A DNA stretch of 64,000 nt from NCBI GenBank assembly GCA_039915685.1, contig JBDSMU010000069.1, forward strand, positions 2,394-66,393, in the 5' to 3' direction. Made by a program: the position numbers and the translations under genes. This DNA comes from Gemmatimonadales bacterium (GTDB lineage: Bacteria > Gemmatimonadota > Gemmatimonadetes > Gemmatimonadales > GWC2-71-9). Below, piece by piece: positions 63,751 to 64,000 of the stretch. The stretch's first letter is position 1. Each line of letters starts with the position of its first letter. The notes below the pieces were generated by a model. The model did not search any database. It was not told where the DNA came from and was given only the letters and a program-made list of their open reading frames with translations.

Positions 63751-64000
63751 ATGTCCCGTATCCCTTTGTCACCATCGACGATGCCGTGGGTTGTCCGCGC
63801 GCCTTTGCTGTTCATGCTCCTGCTTGTGCCCGCGTGCGGCGGCGGCAACTCCCCTGGTGGACCCACGGGCCCCGTTGATGGCGTCGCAATCCTCTCCGGC
63901 TACGTCCGTTCGGCAGGGTCGTCCTCATTGCTCGCCAACGCGACCGTCAAGATCGGCGCCAACATCGCGACGACGGATGCAAACGGACACTTCGAGCTGA
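63751..64000 (+). CDS. Lipoprotein with a carboxypeptidase-regulatory-like (CarboxypepD_reg) N-terminal domain; 3' end outside window
   Basis: Absent from the ORF track because it has no stop inside the window. ATG 63751 lies 6 nt after GAGG. Lipobox LLLVPAC. ..GYVRSAGSSSLLANATVKIGANIATTDANGHFEL is typical of this domain. Confidence 0.6.
   Translation, partial: MSRIPLSPSTMPWVVRAPLLFMLLLVPACGGGNSPGGPTGPVDGVAILSGYVRSAGSSSLLANATVKIGANIATTDANGHFEL

Overview
A high-GC (roughly two-thirds G+C by eye) bacterial chromosomal segment that is densely coding, with about 50 CDS. I found no rRNA, tRNA, CRISPR array, transposase or integrase. The lineage cannot be fixed without a database search. The mix of families (actinobacterial-type fused OdhA/Kgd, fused E1 alpha/beta, choice-of-anchor-B/LVIVD protein, many Ser/Thr-kinase and two-component parts) suggests a Gemmatimonadota-like or similar high-GC soil bacterium. 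Most of the content is housekeeping and metabolic: trpG fragment, pfkA, lon, rho, rsgA, gluQ, udk, tkt-tal, fadJ-thiolase, OdhA/Kgd, a permease-tryptophanase pair, proline dehydrogenase, a multicopper oxidase, amidohydrolases, transporters and a lytic transglycosylase. The ORF-track start was refined for many genes using signal peptides, conserved N-termini, Shine-Dalgarno (SD) motifs and 4-nt ATGA/GTGA start-stop overlaps. I did not find a clear-cut new multi-gene system such as a defence island. These items deserve a second look: (1) an AT-rich promoter island at 3331-3493 with a near-consensus promoter and five alternating GTACTAC/GTAGTAC heptads, in front of an operon encoding an unknown protein, a TrmB-type regulator and an Hpt-REC-GGDEF cyclase; (2) three genes (rsgA, gluQ, an APC permease) whose conserved N-termini lie upstream of any ATG/GTG/TTG but just downstream of an SD motif plus an in-frame CTG; (3) a 15-copy 8-bp G-rich tandem array plus a heptamer array with a sliding hairpin, between a membrane pseudokinase and a stand-alone HNH nuclease; (4) a diamine-acetyltransferase-like GNAT fused to a receiver domain through an (Ala-Asp)4 microsatellite linker; (5) a 534-bp lower-GC divergent intergenic region at 63217-63750 with nested direct and inverted CGAGTCGAG-type repeats, which could be an ncRNA, a MITE or an operator cluster.
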